Of a DNA stretch of 64,000 nt, positions 26,421-39,290 are shown piece by piece. The translations under genes and the position numbers were made by a program. Origin of the DNA: Callorhinchus milii (Eukaryota). The notes below the pieces were generated by a model, which saw only the letters and a list, made by a program, of their open reading frames with translations, was not told the origin of the DNA and made no database searches. Each line of letters opens with the position of its first letter. Positions within the stretch are counted from its first letter, which is position 1. The DNA is taken from positions 7,628,001 to 7,692,000 of the forward strand of contig NW_024704743.1 in NCBI RefSeq assembly GCF_018977255.1, in the 5' to 3' direction.

Positions 26421-27164
26421 GAACTCCATAAACCGCAGGTAATTTGGATTTATAACTTTGATCGCAGGGCTGAATATCAATTTACAACAACAACAAGATT
26501 CCATTTATAGAGCGCCTTTCACGTCGGGAGGACGTCCCAAGGCGCTGAAATTTATACCTTTCCCACCCCTCACCCTTCATTCCAACTGAGACCAATTTTC
26601 TTCAGCCTTCTCCATCACTAGGTTAACCAAAGGGTCATCATTCCAACTAAACAGAATGCAGTTTGACATACACTGTGTCTATGAGAGCATTGTGAACAGA
26701 ATAGCAGTAGGCCAATGGAACAGCAGAACCTGCCAGCTGCTACTCCACTCAACCATTTGTGAGTTCTGCAGCTCAACCCAAATCCAGCAGTAGCAATGTT
26801 AAAAATATACATGAATTGTTTTTCCTATTTAAATTCAGTTATATCCATGAGCCCTTCCGTCTTGACCCCTCTCTCCCCACCTTTCAAACCCACCTTTGAG
26901 TCCTATCTTTTTGCACTGCTCTTTTGGTCACCTTCATCTCCACCTCTCCTTCCTGAGCTCTCTCCGCCCCCTTCCCCGCTCAGGCTCCCAATACGCCGTG
27001 TGAAGCACTTATCCTTCCTGACGTGAAAGGGGCTAATGCATATGTAAGTTACTGTTTGCTCTCAAGTAACTAACACACCAATCAACAGAGTTTAGAACAT
27101 TGAGTGACTCGTTTGTGCAAGTTCAACATCGCCACATAAGTTTCTGATTCTCCAAGAACATCAA

Positions 27165-27400
27165 ATTGCATTTATACAGTAGTCTTCATGTGGGGCAATG
27201 TCTCAGAGCGCTTAACAGTGGTGGAGTTTGATGCCGAGCCAAAGAGACAGGGGAAGGTGACCATAGGCGTGATCAAAGAGGAAGGTCTTCAGGTGCGATC
27301 TGCACGTGTAAGGAGGGGGCAAGACAGAGGGATTGACGCAGAGAGTTTCAGAGCATAGTGGCTGAAAGCACGGCTGCCGATGGTGGAGCGGAAGGGTACA
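27165..27400 (-). mobile_element. L2 3' end with tail (mirror ~29995-30230)
   Basis: CCACCATCGGCAGCCGTGCTTTCAGCC...CTGAAGACCTTCCTCTTTGA...TATAAATGCAA. Confidence 0.8.
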
Positions 27401-28525
27401 AGGTATGAAATTCTCCCACCTCCATCACCTAGTCTTTGCACTGACATGTTATTCTAAACACGGCACCAAATTCACAAAATCAATTTTTAAACCTTTTGTG
27501 GAAAAATACCATAAGCTTTGAACTCTTCCTGCTCTGCCTGTGGTGAGTTGATAAGTCAGCAATCTACCGAGCAGACAGAATGCGCCTGCTGGCCGTGACA
27601 TCCCAGCAAAGAATGAATCTGGAGGATTCAGCACCGAGACAGTGATCTTAAACTGCATTTTACCAAGTGAATCCCTCGTCTAGCAGATGTTTCTCCGGAA
27701 CAGGCCACATTGAAGACAAGACTGATTTTGATCTACAAGTAGGCCGTACCCCATTCGCACACACGACTCCTGAATTCAGTAGCTTGCAATTGAGAATCTA
27801 ATTCAAGTTAAAAAAATAAACTTTGCCTTGAAAGGACGGTCTTTCACGTGAACAAGAGCTTGGCAAGACAAGGCAAACATTCGGGGTAAGCGCCGTGCAA
27901 GACAGCTGATGCACCAACAAGATTTACGTTAATTGTGTTTGTAAACAAAAAAGTTTGCCAAGACATTTCTAATGGCGGCAGTTTGGTTCCCCTTTATAAG
28001 GGTCAAACCGCAAATCCTACGTGGAGAAATTTCACAACCCAAAGCACAGCGTTGCAGAAGTTACAGCATTTGGCTTTGAAGGTGAAGAAATTGCTAATGT
28101 GATACGGGACACAATTCAGACTGAACCACTTCTTTTCAGAAAGCAGTAACATCTGGAGCGAGCACTGTGGCAGTAAGCAAGTCGGGAGCCAAGTTTGATA
28201 TTTAACAGTAAATGTATTAAGTCGATTTGCTTTTTACCCCCCAAAACAATCGCCGGTTGTAAACAAAAGGGAAGTGATGAAACGCACACCGAGAGTTGGG
28301 TAGATTTCAAAACCGCGAGTTAATCAAACTTTAAAGACAAGCTGCAGGTAACCAAGATTAGCCAAATACAAAAGGTTACAGAACTGGGAGCAAAATGTTC
28401 AATCTCACCTCAAACTAAACTCAAGGAGGCCATCATTTCCTGTGTGATGCCGTCCCCACTATTTAAACTGTATCGATGTGCGCTCACTGTGTGTCTGTCC
28501 ACATGTCCAAGGTCCCCAGACAGGT

Positions 28526-28875
28526 CCCATCACCTCCACTCTCACTTTACTTTACTGGCTGCCCATCCCTCAGAGGATAGCGTTCAAAATCCTCATCCTC
28601 CCCCTCAAGGTCCTCCACGGCCTTACCGCGATCCTACCTCAGTTACCTGCTAACCCCTTATGAACCTGTCCGCTCCCTCCACTCCGGCCTGCTCCACGTC
28701 CCCACCCCTTCCCCCCCGCCCAGCCAGCCCCACTATTGGCATTCAGGGTTTTAGCCTCTCTGCCCCCACCCTTTGGAACTCCATCCCACATTCCCTTCAC
28801 CTCGGTCCCTCCCTCGCTTCCTACAAGGCACATCTCAAGACCCTCCTCTTCGACCGTGCCTTCAGCCACCTGTCT
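28526..28875 (+). mobile_element. L2 ORF2 3'-terminal fragment forming the IR2 spacer
   Basis: PITSTLTLLYWLPIPQRIAFKILIL...GFSLSAPTLWNSIP...YKAHLKTLLFDRAF. Confidence 0.9.
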
Positions 28876-31800
28876 GGGGACCTTGGACATGTGGACAGAC
28901 ACACAGTGAGCGCACATCGATACAGTTTAAATAGTGGGGACGGCATCACACAGGAAATGATGGCCTCCTTGAGTTTAGTTTGAGGTGAGATTGAACATTT
29001 TGCTCCCAGTTCTGTAACCTTTTGTATTTGGCTAATCTTGGTTACCTGCAGCTTGTCTTTAAAGTTTGATTAACTCGCGGTTTTGAAATCTACCCAACTC
29101 TCGGTGTGCGTTTCATCACTTCCCTTTTGTTTACAACCGGCGATTGTTTTGGGGGGTAAAAAGCAAATCGACTTAATACATTTACTGTTAAATATCAAAC
29201 TTGGCTCCCGACTTGCTTACTGCCACAGTGCTCGCTCCAGATGTTACTGCTTTCTGAAAAGAAGTGGTTCAGTCTGAATTGTGTCCCGTATCACATTAGC
29301 AATTTCTTCACCTTCAAAGCCAAATGCTGTAACTTCTGCAACGCTGTGCTTTGGGTTGTGAAATTTCTCCACGTAGGATTTGCGGTTTGACCCTTATAAA
29401 GGGGAACCAAACTGCCGCCATTAGAAATGTCTTGGCAAACTTTTTTGTTTACAAACACAATTAACGTAAATCTTGTTGGTGCATCAGCTGTCTTGCACGG
29501 CGCTTACCCCGAATGTTTGCCTTGTCTTGCCAAGCTCTTGTTCACGTGAAAGACCGTCCTTTCAAGGCAAAGTTTATTTTTTTAACTTGAATTAGATTCT
29601 CAATTGCAAGCTACTGAATTCAGGAGTCGTGTGTGCGAATGGGGTACGGCCTACTTGTAGATCAAAATCAGTCTTGTCTTCAATGTGGCCTGTTCCGGAG
29701 AAACATCTGCTAGACGAGGGATTCACTTGGTAAAATGCAGTTTAAGATCACTGTCTCGGTGCTGAATCCTCCAGATTCATTCTTTGCTGGGATGTCACGG
29801 CCAGCAGGCGCATTCTGTCTGCTCGGTAGATTGCTGACTTATCAACTCACCACAGGCAGAGCAGGAAGAGTTCAAAGCTTATGGTATTTTTCCACAAAAG
29901 GTTTAAAAATTGATTTTGTGAATTTGGTGCCGTGTTTAGAATAACATGTCAGTGCAAAGACTAGGTGATGGAGGTGGGAGAATTTCATACCTTGTACCCT
30001 TCCGCTCCACCATCGGCAGCCGTGCTTTCAGCCACTATGCTCTGAAACTCTCTGCGTCAATCCCTCTGTCTTGCCCCCTCCTTACACGTGCAGATCGCAC
30101 CTGAAGACCTTCCTCTTTGATCACGCCTATGGTCACCTTCCCCTGTCTCTTTGGCTCGGCATCAAACTCCACCACTGTTAAGCGCTCTGAGACATTGCCC
30201 CACATGAAGACTACTGTATAAATGCAATTTGATGTTCTTGGAGAATCAGAAACTTATGTGGCGATGTTGAACTTGCACAAACGAGTCACTCAATGTTCTA
30301 AACTCTGTTGATTGGTGTGTTAGTTACTTGAGAGCAAACAGTAACTTACATATGCATTAGCCCCTTTCACGTCAGGAAGGATAAGTGCTTCACACGGCGT
30401 ATTGGGAGCCTGAGCGGGGAAGGGGGCGGAGAGAGCTCAGGAAGGAGAGGTGGAGATGAAGGTGACCAAAAGAGCAGTGCAAAAAGATAGGACTCAAAGG
30501 TGGGTTTGAAAGGTGGGGAGAGAGGGGTCAAGACGGAAGGGCTCATGGATATAACTGAATTTAAATAGGAAAAACAATTCATGTATATTTTTAACATTGC
30601 TACTGCTGGATTTGGGTTGAGCTGCAGAACTCACAAATGGTTGAGTGGAGTAGCAGCTGGCAGGTTCTGCTGTTCCATTGGCCTACTGCTATTCTGTTCA
30701 CAATGCTCTCATAGACACAGTGTATGTCAAACTGCATTCTGTTTAGTTGGAATGATGACCCTTTGGTTAACCTAGTGATGGAGAAGGCTGAAGAAAATTG
30801 GTCTCAGTTGGAATGAAGGGTGAGGGGTGGGAAAGGTATAAATTTCAGCGCCTTGGGACGTCCTCCCGACGTGAAAGGCGCTCTATAAATGGAATCTTGT
30901 TGTTGTTGTAAATTGATATTCAGCCCTGCGATCAAAGTTATAAATCCAAATTACCTGCGGTTTATGGAGTTCAGCCTGACTTCATTGGTAACATTCACGC
31001 CTTTGGTTCAGAAGGTTGTGGGACCAAGTCCACCATCAAGCCATGAACTCACAATGAGGGAAAATAATATAAGGTTCTGTTCTCTGTATTCCCCTCAGGG
31101 GAGGAGGATGGTCAGAATAGAACACAATAACGCCCTATCAAAAGATTTAGCTAAACGCATGAAGATTAAAATTATAAAGAGGATTTAAGGAAACAGTAGG
31201 GATATAGGATTAGATGGCTATTGGGAGATAGGACAAGCAAGGAAACAATGGGCTGAGCAGTCGCTACATAATGTAAATTGAACAAAAGGAGTCTTAATCA
31301 CCAGTGCTGTAAAGTTTGGTGTTGCCTCTGTACCATCCAGTGGAAACTCTGGAAAAACAGATTTCAAATTGCTTTCTGCCAAGTGTAAAAGTTTACAAAC
31401 AGAATCAGCAGAACATTAACCTCCCGTACTCCAAGGGGACAGAGCCTCCTTAGCCAGAGTGTGAGAAAGAATACTTTTTTTTGAAGAACTGGAAAATTCA
31501 TAATCCTGTATCCCTATTCTCCTGTATATTTTTAATCATCATGTGTTTATCCAGTTCGTTTGATAGTGCGCTGTTGTGTTCTTCCTCTCTGACCAGGTGG
31601 AGCAACAGATCATTTAGTGGATAAAGTCTTCTTTGATGTTTTCTCCATGAGTCACCTCGTCCAATCTCACTCTCCTGCTTTCTGTGTGTATGTGTTCACA
31701 ATCTCACACACACACAGTGACTATGTGGATCACACCAAAATCTGTTTTTCCATTTCTACTCTTGATTCCTGCTCCACCGATGTCCTGTCCACTTGCCTGC

Positions 31801-34800
31801 CAGATATCAAGGCCTGGTTGAGCTCCAGTTTCTTGGAACACAATGTGAATGAGTCAAAAACCAACCTCTTTGGTTCTCACCAAAGTCTCCTCACTTCTAA
31901 TTCTGGCCCCTCTCTCTGACTCACCGAACCAGTGCTCAACCTCGGGCTCCAGATTGATCCTCAGTTCTCCTCCTTTTCTCACATTCACAGCCCCATGGGC
32001 AAGACTGCTTTTCTTCACCTCCACCACATTTCCCACCTCTACCCCAATCTCTCACCAAATGGCTCCAAAACTCTTATTCACATCTTTGTTACATCTGCCC
32101 AGGCATTTTAAGCGCACTCCTTGCTGGTATCCTTAGATCCACCATCTACAAACTCCTTTGATCCAAAAACCTCCACCACCTGCATCCTCACTCGCACCAG
32201 ACATTGTACACCCATCACTGAGGGCTGTGCAAAGCTCTGTCCCAAATGGATTGACTGCAAAGTCCTCACTCTAACCTATGAATCTCCGATCTCTGACTTC
32301 ACTCCTCTGCACGCCCCCTTGCTTGGGCTTGCTGAACACCCAAAGCTCCCTTTTAATTGGCTGCCCAACTGTACATGTTGCTTTAAATATGGCCGAGTTA
32401 AGGTCCTGTATAAATTCAACATTGCCTCCTTGCTTTTGTGTTCCATGCCTCTAAATATGAAACCATGTTCCGAGGTCAAATACGGACTCTTGTAGCAGAA
32501 GTGAAGGAAGGCGGCTCTTGAATAGAGTTCAAGTATCGAGGAAACTATTTCTTAGTAATTGTTCAATTTTTTAATGTAACCTCTTGCCTCCTGAATTTCT
32601 TGTGTAAACACTTTGTTCTTGCTGGCCTTTGGAGCTGAAACACAGTATTGCCTTTATTCCATAGCATTAGCACATTACACTTGAACTTCAAAAGACTTCC
32701 AAGCACTGTGACAGCTGAGCACAATGGTAAAGTCACAATGAGTCTTAAACTTGTAGGACGGAAAATGTAAATCTTGAAAAGAACAATGATCTAGTGTGTT
32801 ACTGTACTGTGGGAGTGGTGGGATGTGGAATTGTAGCTCAGGTTCTTAGTACAAAGAGTCCCTGATCTTAGCTGAATCCCTGAGGGTGCCCAGGTACTGT
32901 TTCTCGAGTGAGAAACTAGTGGGTGAGTTGGCTAATACCACTTTTAACAGCTCAACAGTAATTGATAGATTTGAAGGAATAGTCACCAAGCTGCCTACTC
33001 GTGTAGATTTGTTAATGGAGAAACTCCTTACTGGGACCCTTGTTGCTTGGATCTGAACAATGTTTGATCACCCATTGCATTTGGCTTGGGCATCCTTAAA
33101 TTCCAGAAACTGTTGATGACAGACTAGCCAGCCTGTTATCAGCAGGATTTGGTGGCCATTGAATGGGGCTGGGATTCTTCTTACTTCCCTCATTACCACT
33201 GCAAACCAAAGTTTTAACAGATGGGGAGGCCCAAGTGGACAAACAATTACCAGTGTTCCATATGCTAAGATGCTCGGGTTTAGTTGGTTAAACTCAGCAG
33301 TAACCTACTCTTAGTCCCTAAGATTAGCAGAAAATACTGTAAAACTCGCTTGTCATATCTTTATGAATCATAGAATCACTCAGACATCCGAGTCCTATTT
33401 AGTTTCCTACCAAAGAAACACCTAGATTTCTTTGCGTAAGTCATATTTTTTAAATTGGATAAATGGCTAAGTTGTAATGGTTTCTCGGTCCCAATACATC
33501 CTAAAACATATGCAAATCATCTCCTAACTGGGAGCACTGCTACTGCACTTACCGACTGCATTGAATTGCAGGAAATGAAGTCTTGACCCGTCACCGCGTG
33601 CGCACTCCCGGCTGCACTGAAGTATGCATGTGCAGGGCTGATTATTGATTAAGTTGTATATGATACAACCTGTATAAGTTTGCGTGTAACCCATACTTTG
33701 CGCAAATGATATTAAATGTTATGGTCCCGACTAATCCAACTTGTGTGAGGTTTACTGTAGTGGAGTTAAAGCAAGCCTAGGCCAAAGGTTCATGTCCTCT
33801 GGACTCAACTGTAGCAAGCTGATACACTTTGGTGACTTTAATTATCCTGTTCAAAGTAGAATTATTGATTTTCTAAACCTTGTAGCTTGCAAGTAACTGT
33901 ATTGCTTTCCCTTTAAGACCTTACCAGAGCCAAGTTGCCCATTGCAGCATTGGAATTGCAACATACTTCAGAGAGACACAATATAAACTTGAGCAAGGTG
34001 GGGTATGGAGTTGGGGGGGGGTGGGGGGGGTAGAAGTTGAATTGACCAAAGGGATAGTCTTTAAGAGGTTGTTATTTTTAGAGTTTGAAAATTGGGAGGG
34101 AGGGAAACCTAGGGAGTGGGGGGCATGGACATTGCATAGTTGAAGGTAGAATCTTGTTTTATATTACAGTTTGATCAAAGGGAGTATGAAAAAGATGCAG
34201 AATGGATTTAGATAGATTTGGTGGCTTGTAGACAAAACTGTTATCCACTCAAGGTCCACTCAAGTTATGTGTCTCTTATCCCCCCCAAGGCCTTAAAGTG
34301 ATATTTTGTGTTTCAATAATATCTTAAGTAATTGTGCTTGATTGTTTCTTCTAGTTTGAAAGGGAAACTGTGTACATTTCAGTGTTCAACACCGAGGACA
34401 AAAAGACCTTTTCTTTCTCTTTGACTTGTATTGTTCCTCCTTCGGATGAGACTGTAAACCAAAGTAAAGATCCCATGGCACTATTCAAGAAGAGAGGAAA
34501 ATTTCTCCTGGTGTCCTGACCAAAAAATCCCCCTACTAAGATTGTTCATTTTCTTCATGGCAGTTTGTGTAACATTGCTGTGTGAAAATTGGCTTCCACA
34601 TTCATCTCACAAAAACAACAACTTCCATAGTGCCTTCCACGTCGGGAGGACACATATAGTCACTTCACTTTAAAGTATATCCTGTGAATCGTTTTGAGAT
34701 CTCCCGACATGAAAGGTGTAAAGATTATTGTAAAGATTATTGTTAGTATGTAAAGATTATTATAAATGTAAAGATTATTGTTAGTGTAGACATTCTCTTA

Positions 34801-37800
34801 GGGATCTGTCTTCTCTGTGTTTTAAGGCTAATGGTACTGTAATCATAGAATCAGAATTATGCAGCACAAAAGGAGGCCATTCGTAACCATGCCGACTCTT
34901 TGAAAGAGCTGTGCAAATTATTCCCACTCCCCCACACCTCTCCCCATAGCCCTGCAAATTTGTCATCCCCAAATTTGTAATCTGGTCTTTCCATTTAGGT
35001 TTTGGAATGGTTGCTTTATGAATGACCATTGAATGCACTTACTAGCTATAAACAATGTCCAGAGTTAAATAGAGGTTGAAGAGCTTCGGTGTACTTGTGG
35101 TTTACATTCCTAATAGTCCTCTTGTGGTTCTACCCACAGTTTCCTGCCTATGTTCTCTGACCCAAGATATGTTGTGGTGAAAAGTAGCCAGTTCAGGTAC
35201 AATACTTCATTACATTTCATTACATTCGTGAAGTCTGTTTCATCTATACTGAAATATTCTGCACCTTCTCCTCCCTCTTTGAGGCTGTTCAGTGTGTTCG
35301 TGAGCTGACGTGAGACCTTTCATTCAATGTAAATAAGCGCAAGTTGTTGTATCTATTGAGTCAGAGTCTACCTTTAAGAATTCTGAATTTTTTTAATATT
35401 TTGACACTTAAGTAAAATGGCAACGAATTTTCAATAACAAATTGCCTGTGGGGAGGACGTCCCAGAACGCTTCATAGATGTGCTGCAAAGTGTAGTGATT
35501 GTGTGTCTTTATGGGCGAAGGACGCAGCCAATTTGTGCATAGTAACATCCCACAGACAGTCATGAGTGAACTACCAATTTTGTTTGAGGGATTGTTGGCC
35601 AGGGCCCTGGAAGAAATTGCCTTCTCTTTTGGGGTACAGCTAAGGGATCTTTAATGTCCACCTGATCAGACAGGCAGGACCTTGGTTTAACATCTCATCC
35701 AAAGATGGCACCTCCAACAATGCAGCACAGCCCCAGAACTGCATTGGAGCGTCATCTTAGACTGTAATAATAATAATAATAATCCTTGCATTTGATATAG
35801 CGCTTTTCACGTCAGGAGGACGTCCCAAAGCGCTTCACAGAACACACTGTAAAGTGAATTGACTGTATATTTGTGGGCGAACGCGGCAGCCAATTGCTCA
35901 CAGCAATGTCCCACAAACAGTCATGGATTGAAAATGACCAATTTATTATTGTTTTTGGTTTTGGAGGGATTATTATTAGGCGTGTGGAGTAAGGAAACTT
36001 GCCCAAGGTTTCGCCCTGCCTGTATGAGTTCCACGTCTCGAAGTGGGGCTTAAACCCCAAATCTTCTGACTAAATTTTTAGTACATGTACTTAGTTGAGT
36101 TTCAGTGGATACTAAGTGAAAACTTATACCCTGTGCTTTTGAAATGATTTGCTTTCTGACTTTTTTCAGAAACTTCCCACTGGTGCCATAAATAAAAATA
36201 AAAAATGATTGTGGTCAGACACAGGGAAACGATTGCTTAGCAGGATTTCCACAGCACTACTCAGCCGTAGAATAGTTTTTATTTTCTTGATTAGGAGGAA
36301 GTTGAATCCCTCCCCGCAGAAAAAAAACAGTGAATATTTCTTCTAAAGAAAGAACAAGCTCTTCATTGTTAAAGGGCAAATGTTTCTAAAAGCCATTTTC
36401 AATTTCTAGTGGATAGAGTGGCAGTAATTACTGTCGTTCTAAACTGCTTCTGTGTGTGGACGTTAGTTTTAATTAGGATACGAGTGATCAGTACTTCACA
36501 TAATTTTGTGGCCCGTGTATTAATTTACTCCTGACGGGATTTCTAAATCCAATTGCGTTTTAAAAAAGCAAGCCCTGTTTCGAGATGTTATAGTGTTAAA
36601 AAAAATGCTTCTATTAAAATTGGAGCAGAACTCGTTTTCTGTGTATAATTTGACGCACAGTCAAAAAGTATAGACCATTTAGAAGGGACATCAGAAAGTT
36701 ATTTACACAGAGGGGAATCAACCAGTGCAATGTGTTACCAGGGAGGATGTTGAGGCCACAGGATTTGATTTATTTCAGAAACTGCTTGGAAGTAGAAGAT
36801 TGCTGGCATCCAGGGAACTATGTATCACAAGTCAGTGCTGTCAAGCAGAGGGGAACAATTGGCTGCAGAAGCTTTGCGTTGGCAATGCAGATGAAAGCTG
36901 CCTCTGTCATGGCTCTGTTAGTGTTGCTTCTGACTGAGATGCTATATGTAGAGGAAAATATTTCTCTCAGTTTAGCTTGGTAATTTGTTCTGAAAGTGAA
37001 TTTCTGTTATGGATTGAAATATGCAGCGTTTGCTTGACTGCTCTAAATCTTCATTGTGGAGCTGATATTGTTTTTAAAAAAGACCAAATTTGATCTTCAA
37101 ATGGCATTAAAAATGTTACTGTATCTCAGTAACCATGCAATCTCCCCCAGCCCTATTCTTCTATTCATTCCTTCCGCTCTTCTGATTGCTGTCTGTTTGC
37201 TCCTCACATCGTATATCTCACCATTGCTGTTCAGAGCCTTCTGCCACAATGCTCCTATCCTGTGGAACATCCTTCAATATCTCTTCACTTTCTCTCTCCC
37301 CATCTTCAAAACCCATTTGAAAGCTTTGGCTCTTTGTCCATGCTTTTGGATAGTATTTTAAGATTTTCCCCCCTCAGTATCTTTAAAGCATTTTGAATTG
37401 TTTTTCCATCATAAAACACACTATATAACTCCCTTTTTCTTGCTCCTCAATCGGTTATATATTTTAAGCCTATTGAGGTATCCAGCCCATGTAAAATGTG
37501 GGGTGCTATACAAGTGCAAGTTGTATTAAGGTCTGTTAACCCCAAATCATATTTCTACATATGTGCAGTGGTGCTTACTTAAAACCTGAAGTACATGGAG
37601 GGTATGTTTGATTGAGTTTCAGTCATAGATCCAGTCCCTGAGTGACTGACTGGCTTGAGTTGGTGAGGCTATCTGGTTACAAGATGCTTATAAAGTAGTT
37701 TAAGTATAGAAAAAAGATGAATCTCAAGTTGACTGGACTAGAAAATTGGGGATTGATATATTCTGCATTTATTTTGATGAATGGAGTAACTTCTATGTGA

Positions 37801-38101
37801 TTGACCAGTACCCCAGGAGGAGATAGTTGCCACAATTCTCAAGCTTACAAGGCATATTTCCTTTGTGGTTATGAGATGTACGCTGGGTGTGGATTCCATA
37901 GGTAAGATCAAAATGTGTGTTGGCTTTGAGTTTGATTTATTTTATAAGATTATTTTATTTACTTTATAAGGTCGCCTCGCAAGCACGAAACCTGGGTTTG
38001 ATTCCCGGCAAGGCGAAACCTGGGCAAGTTTCCTTATTACGCATACCTGATAATAATCTCTCAAGAAAAAAAACACAAAATAAGTTGGTCGTTCAAACCA
38101 C
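28868..38101 (+). repeat. Giant inverted repeat IR2, right arm
   Basis: Reverse complement of 19306-28525. It continues without a break through a complete SINE 3' end into single-copy DNA. Confidence 0.98.
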
Positions 38102-38255
38102 GACTGTTTGTGGGACACTGTTGTGAGCAATTGGCTGCCGCGTTTCACCCACAAATATACAGTCAATTCACTTTACAGTGTATTCTGTGAAGCGCTTTGA
38201 GACATCTCAAAGACGTGAAGAAGCGCTATATCAAATGCAAGGATTATTATTATTG
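37970..38255 (+). mobile_element. tRNA-derived SINE, short form; its mirror (19306-19436) is cut by the N gap
   Basis: Body and tail match the other copies. Confidence 0.88.
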
Positions 38256-38904
38256 GCTGAATACAAAACAGTCAGAGGTGGAAGGAGCCTTTGACAATGT
38301 GCCATCATGTGAGACCCAGACATGAACTTATATCCGCAGCTTAGATCAACACAACCGCAGGATGTAGCAACCTATACAAAGGGAGGTTCTCCTGGTGTGC
38401 TGGCCAGCAATTCCCCCAAATAGAATTGGTTATTCACTAGATGGCTGTTTGTGGGACATTGCTGTATGTGGGACATTGGCTGTCGCATTTGCCAACAAAA
38501 TATTTGGTTGACTAAAATTTACAGTAAATCCTATGAAGCATTTTGAGATGTCCTCCCGATGTGAAAGGCGCTAAATCAAATGAAAGGATTATAATCTTTA
38601 ACTGCTGTATATTTTGAGGTAAACCTACTGTGGATTGTATGTATCAAGATAAATGTGTTTTGAAAAAAATCAGATTTAAGTAGAGGAAGTAAAACATTTT
38701 TTTGGTCAGCCCTGAGCCTGACATGTGGAACCCCAGAGTTCCACAGATCAAAGCCAAATATGCAAAGAAAGTTCCCATTTGTCTAGGAGGGAAGCGGGCA
38801 CTCTCTCCCCTGAGGGAGGCAACCTTGCTAACCTAATTCTGGAAGTATTTGGTTCAGAATGGCGGGAGCCAAGGCCTAGGGAACCCAGAGTGTGAGTTGG
38901 AGTT

Positions 38905-39290
38905 CAACCAGCTTTACATACAGTGCACAGCATAGAAACAGGCCATTCAGCCCAACTAGTCCGTGCTAGTGTCTTCATTCCTTATGCCCTCTCATACCCT
39001 TCTCTTGCCTTCTCCTCATGTCTATATCTAGCTTCCTCTTAGATGCATGTATACTACCAATGCAATGGGCAATGAGTTCCAGAATCTCGCTAAGCTCTGT
39101 GTGAAGTAGTTCCTCCTAAGTTCTCTTTTAGATCCCTCTGTTACAATCTTATACTTGTGTCCCCTGGTTATGGATTCCCCAACAAGTGGGAATAGCCCAT
39201 TTATACTAACATTACAGAACCCGTTTATAATTTTAAACATCGCTTATTAAGACCCTTCTTAAACGTCTCTCTAGTAAAAACCACGTAGCT
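38905..39290 (-). mobile_element. CR1 LINE 3' end relic
   Basis: ORF MFKIINGF...LFPLVGESITRGHKYKIVT...RRNYFTQ...WNSLP is a typical CR1 ORF2 C-terminus, followed by the 3' UTR GGGCTGAATGGCCTGTTTCTATGCTG. Confidence 0.88.

Larger units (their letters stand above)
19306..28525 (-). repeat. Giant inverted repeat IR2, left arm (starts at the N gap)
   Basis: 19306 pairs with 38101 and 28525 with 28868. ORFs are mirrored (28116..28310- = 29083..29277+; 20046..20351- = 37056..37361+). Confidence 0.98.

Noticed and set aside
1..38101. Giant IRs read as TIRs of a large transposon (Polinton, foldback) or a viral genome
   Set aside because: The arms are ordinary host DNA full of old SINE/LINE relics. 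The spacers encode no transposase, polymerase or capsid, and no TSD is visible.
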